60,630 bases of DNA from Actinomycetota bacterium (GTDB taxonomy: Bacteria; Actinomycetota; Acidimicrobiia; Actinomarinales; Actinomarinaceae): assembly GCA_027729925.1 (NCBI GenBank), contig JAQCEB010000004.1, positions 1-60,630 on the forward strand. The letters are read 5' to 3'. The notes beneath the pieces are model-generated. The model searched no databases. It was not told where the DNA came from and was given only the letters and a program-made list of their open reading frames with translations. Of this stretch, positions 57,128 through 60,630 are shown piece after piece; the stretch's first letter is position 1, and every line of letters starts with the position of its first letter. Both the position numbers and the translations under genes were made by a program.

Positions 57128-58205
57128 TTGATACCACTTTTGAAGCTTCCTTAATTTGTCTATTTGTTACATACCTCTTAACAACCTCGTATGCAACAAC
57201 CACTGATAAAACAATCACAGCTTGCATAATTTTTTCAATTTCTTTAGGAACATCATAAAGATCAAGAATCTGTGCAGATCTTTCTAAAAATGATAGTAAT
57301 ATTGCACCAAAAGCCATCCCAATTGGGTGATTTCTACCCAACAATGCAACTGTAATCCCGGCAAATCCAAGACCAGATGGGAAATCTGTTGTGTATTTAA
57401 AAAAGTATCCTGTCAGTGGTGCAATGCCAATTAGTCCGGCAAACCCTCCTGAAATCATCATTGCAAAAATTGTTAGCTTTCCTGGATTTGCGCCACTAAA
57501 CTTTGCAGCCATAGGACTCGATCCTGTAGCGCGCAAATCAAACCCTAGAGAAGTTTTCCAAACTATCCAATAATACAAAATTCCAACTAAAACAGCACCG
57601 ATTATAAAACCATGTAAATTTGGTAAATCTTCAATTCCTAAGAAAGCATTTAAAGATGGTATTCTTGCAGATTCTGGGAGCAAATCAGTCTGAGGTGCAG
57701 TAGTTGACAATTCAACCTTTTCAAAAAATATATTTGCAAGTAAGTAAGCAATTATACCTGTTCCAATGTAATTGAGCATTATTGTGGAAATGACTTCATG
57801 AACTCCTTTTTTAACTTTTAAATATCCAGCAATAGCAGCCCACAAAGCTGAAGATAAAATTGCTACAAATATGATTAAAGAAATGTGCAAAATAGAAGGC
57901 AAAGCTACTGCAGCACCTAAAGCAGCAGAAAGTAGTGAACCCATTAAATATTGTGATTCTACTCCGATATTGAATAAGCCCATTTTAAAACCAACAGCTA
58001 CAGCTACAGCAGAAATATAAAGAGGAACTGACCTGTTTAATATTGATACTATCGATTTTCCAGATTTTCCGTAGTCATACATAATCTTGAAAGTTTCTAT
58101 TGGATCTTCTCCAATTAAATAAAGCATTAATGTTGAAAGACCGAATGCAACAATTAACGCAAAAACAGGTGCGAGCAAAGAAGTAAACCTTAATGATAAT
58201 TTCAT
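57120..58205 (-). CDS. Nucleoside/simple-sugar ABC permease (NupB-like)
   Basis: GLFNIGVESQ, EVISTIMLNY, GFAGITVALLGRNHP. Confidence 0.88.
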   Translation of the reverse strand: MKLSLRFTSLLAPVFALIVAFGLSTLMLYLIGEDPIETFKIMYDYGKSGKSIVSILNRSVPLYISAVAVAVGFKMGLFNIGVESQYLMGSLLSAALGAAVALPSILHISLIIFVAILSSALWAAIAGYLKVKKGVHEVISTIMLNYIGTGIIAYLLANIFFEKVELSTTAPQTDLLPESARIPSLNAFLGIEDLPNLHGFIIGAVLVGILYYWIVWKTSLGFDLRATGSSPMAAKFSGANPGKLTIFAMMISGGFAGLIGIAPLTGYFFKYTTDFPSGLGFAGITVALLGRNHPIGMAFGAILLSFLERSAQILDLYDVPKEIEKIMQAVIVLSVVVAYEVVKRYVTNRQIKEASKVVSNA

Positions 58206-59713
58206 GATTTAAGTCCTGTCATATAACTACCTAAAATTTCTGGAGTTGCATCTTCAGGGTCTAACTCCTTGACAAAATTACCTTCGTAAATAACAAAGAT
58301 TCTATCAGATAACCCTATTAATTCATCTAAATCGGCTGAGATTAACAACACTCCCAAACCTTCATCCCTAGCATCCCTAAGCTTATTCCATATTAATGAC
58401 TGGGCACCAATATCAATTCCTCTAGTTGGCTGAGAAGCAATTAAAAGGCTGGGTTTATTTTCTATTTCTCTTCCAACAACAAACTTTTGTTGATTTCCTC
58501 CAGAAAGTGCTAGAGGGAGAGTTTCATTTCCTGGAGTTCGTACATCAAAATTTTTAATAACAACATTTGAGTTAACGGATGCTTGATTAAATTTAATATT
58601 ATAAAGCTTGGTCTTATATTTTGAAGAAGATTGCTTTCCAAGAATGACATTTTCGGATAGAGACATATCCATTAGTAAACCTTGTGATTGTCGATCTTCA
58701 GGTATAAAACTTAAGCCTTGTTCTCGTCTATCTCTTGTTGTTAGTTCATTTATATTATTTTCACCTAAAAATATTTCGCCACTCTCAATTTGAAAAACGC
58801 CTAAAATAGCTTCGGCTAGTTCACGTTGTCCATTGCCTTCAACTCCAGCTATGCCAACTATTTCTCCCTGATTAATTGAAAAATTAATATTCGAAAATGC
58901 TTTCCTTCCATTTTCTTCAACAGCATTAAAGTTATTTACAACAAGTGCTTTTTTTTCCATAGGATTTTTTTCTCTTTTTGGAGGTGTTGGAAGGTTTTGC
59001 CCAATCATCATTTCAGCTAAATCAGTTTTTGAAACTGAATTAGAATCTACGGTATCAATATGTCTGCCACCCCTCATAACTGATATCTCATCAGCTATTT
59101 CGAGTACTTCATCTAGTTTATGAGAAATAAAAATAATTGTTACTCCACTTTCTTTAAGGTTTTTGAGATTACTAAAAAGTTCTCTAACTTCTTGTGGAAC
59201 TAAAACAGCAGTTGGTTCATCTAAAATTAAAATTTTAGCACCTCTGAATAGAACTTTTATAATTTCAACTCTCTGCTTTTCGCCAACTCCTAATTCATCA
59301 ATCATAGAGTCTGTATTCAAAGGCATTGAATATTTGTTAGTTATTTCATTAATTTCATATTTATATTTACTTTTATTTAAAATTTTTAAAGAAGCTTTAT
59401 CCATTCCTAGAATTATGCTTTCTAAAACAGACAAATTATCAGCTAACATAAAATGTTGATGCACCATACCGATACCTTTAGCAATTGCGTCTTTTGGAGA
59501 TGAGAATTTAACTTCATTGTCAAATATCTTTATAGTTCCTGAATCTTGTTTTAGCATGCCATAAAGTATTTTCATTAGTGTTGATTTACCGGCACCGTTT
59601 TCACCAACAATTGCGTGTATAGTACCTTCTTTTATTTTTAAGTTGATATCATCATTAGCTTTAACACCAGGAAAAGATTTTGAAATTTTGGATAAATTAA
59701 TTGCTAATGTCAT
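58202..59713 (-). CDS. Nucleoside ABC ATPase, fused double domain (NupA-like)
   Basis: GENGAGKSTL, MVHQHFML, LDEPTAVL, GVEGNGQ, LSGGNQQK, QPTRGID. Confidence 0.9.
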   Translation of the reverse strand: MTLAINLSKISKSFPGVKANDDINLKIKEGTIHAIVGENGAGKSTLMKILYGMLKQDSGTIKIFDNEVKFSSPKDAIAKGIGMVHQHFMLADNLSVLESIILGMDKASLKILNKSKYKYEINEITNKYSMPLNTDSMIDELGVGEKQRVEIIKVLFRGAKILILDEPTAVLVPQEVRELFSNLKNLKESGVTIIFISHKLDEVLEIADEISVMRGGRHIDTVDSNSVSKTDLAEMMIGQNLPTPPKREKNPMEKKALVVNNFNAVEENGRKAFSNINFSINQGEIVGIAGVEGNGQRELAEAILGVFQIESGEIFLGENNINELTTRDRREQGLSFIPEDRQSQGLLMDMSLSENVILGKQSSSKYKTKLYNIKFNQASVNSNVVIKNFDVRTPGNETLPLALSGGNQQKFVVGREIENKPSLLIASQPTRGIDIGAQSLIWNKLRDARDEGLGVLLISADLDELIGLSDRIFVIYEGNFVKELDPEDATPEILGSYMTGLKS

Positions 59714-59741
59714 TTTTAATCTATTTTTTTATTTTAAAAGT

Positions 59742-59772
59742 AAAGTCCCAAGACTCAAAATCTTGGGACTTT
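59742..59772. terminator. Intercistronic stem-loop after the BMP lipoprotein gene
   Basis: AAAGTCCCAAGA-CTCAAAA-TCTTGGGACTTT, a 12-bp stem with T-rich tail on the minus strand. Confidence 0.8.
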
Positions 59773-59786
59773 TACTTTAAACTCTA

Positions 59787-60629
59787 TTACGGAGCAGCAG
59801 GTACTACAATTTCCCCACTTATAATTTGTGCTTTGTAAGCTTCAATATCAGATACGATATCGTCTATCCAACCACCTGTGGTAGAGTAGCCAACACCATC
59901 AACTGATAAATCAAATACTGTTACGCCACCGGCAAATGTGCCGTCAACGACTGCTTTGATTGTGTTATACACCGCAACATCAACTCTTTTAATCATTGAT
60001 GTAAGAATATATGGAGCGAGTTCTGAAGATACAGTTTTTGCTTGATCTGCATCAACACCAATTGCCCATACTTTTGTTCCAGTATTTTCTGAAACTTCTT
60101 TTGCAGCTTCAAATAAACCGTTACCAGCACCTCCAGCTGCATGATAAATAATATCTGCGCCTTCTTCATATTGTGCTAAAGCGATTTCTTTAGCTTTTGC
60201 AGCATCATTAAATCCTCCAAAGTCAGGTGGATAAGTTACATATTTTACATCCACTGTACATGATGGACAAGTTGCAGCAACACCTGCTACGAAACCTGCT
60301 TCGAATTTCTGAATTAATGGAAATTCAACTCCACCAATGAAACCAACTTTGTTTGTTGTTGTTTTTAATCCAGCAGCAACACCTACTAAATATGAACCTT
60401 GCTCTTCAGCAAAAACCATACCTGAAACGTTTGCAGGGTCAACAGCTGAGTCAATAATTCCAAAATATGTATTTGGATTTGCAGTTGCAACTTCAGTCAT
60501 AGCATCAGCAAACAAGAATCCAACACCAATAATAAGGTCTTTTCCTTGATCAGCTAATAATGAAAGAAGCTCAGGTCTATTCTCTCCACCTTCATTTGGT
60601 TCGAGATCAATTCCATCAACACCAAGCTC
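59787..60629 (-). CDS. BMP/PnrA-family nucleoside-binding lipoprotein, 5'-truncated by the window edge
   Basis: Frame open to the window end (ELGVDGIDLEP...IIGVGFLF). FAEEQGSYLVG, GADIIYHAAG, IGVDADQ, TSMIKRVD. Confidence 0.9.
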   Translation of the reverse strand, partial: ELGVDGIDLEPNEGGENRPELLSLLADQGKDLIIGVGFLFADAMTEVATANPNTYFGIIDSAVDPANVSGMVFAEEQGSYLVGVAAGLKTTTNKVGFIGGVEFPLIQKFEAGFVAGVAATCPSCTVDVKYVTYPPDFGGFNDAAKAKEIALAQYEEGADIIYHAAGGAGNGLFEAAKEVSENTGTKVWAIGVDADQAKTVSSELAPYILTSMIKRVDVAVYNTIKAVVDGTFAGGVTVFDLSVDGVGYSTTGGWIDDIVSDIEAYKAQIISGEIVVPAAP

Positions 60630-60630
60630 A

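Noticed and set aside
1102-60549. Antisense or alternate-frame ORFs in the track (e.g. 3430-3789, 6278-6589, 27050-27487, 44912-45220, 49395-49748, 59163-59459)
   Set aside because: They are shadows of well-supported genes with no motifs or initiation signals.
1-60630. CRISPR arrays, IS elements, integrase, prophage or defence genes
   Set aside because: None recognised. No spaced direct repeats seen, and there is no island next to tRNA-Thr.

Overview
Very AT-rich (roughly 30% GC by eye), highly compact chromosome segment. Stop/start overlaps are common and intergenic gaps are tiny. Gene content (CarD, DisA, Rex, MenJ-like reductase beside nuoA, heliorhodopsin, second nuo cluster followed by htpX) points to a streamlined actinobacterium, most plausibly marine Acidimicrobiia/Ca. 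Actinomarina-like (inference, not searched). No mobile element, prophage, CRISPR or defence island is visible. The window has TWO divergent respiratory complex I operons. (i) A complete 14-subunit nuoA-N (25915-40168) with a perfect Rex operator, a nearby rex gene, and an unannotated 43-aa membrane peptide coupled to its last gene. (ii) An 11-subunit nuoABCDHIJKLMN (3779-13710) lacking NuoEFG. It has an altered quinone site (NuoD 'RIDW' for 'RxDY'), an Arg-rich NuoI loop, an ATT-initiated nuoN, and a co-transcribed NDUFAF7/MidA arginine methyltransferase whose known target Arg is present only in this operon's NuoD. HtpX, rhodanese and a PfkB kinase follow. The rest: heliorhodopsin, Fe3+ ABC, amino-acid ABC and nucleoside ABC transporters, tdk, tRNA-Thr(UGU), carD-ispF-cysS-rlmB, disA, three small ORFs below the ORF-track cutoff, and widespread leaderless-type promoters. 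The best candidate for an under-described system is the 11-subunit complex with its accessory genes. All family assignments are from motif recognition; no database search was run.
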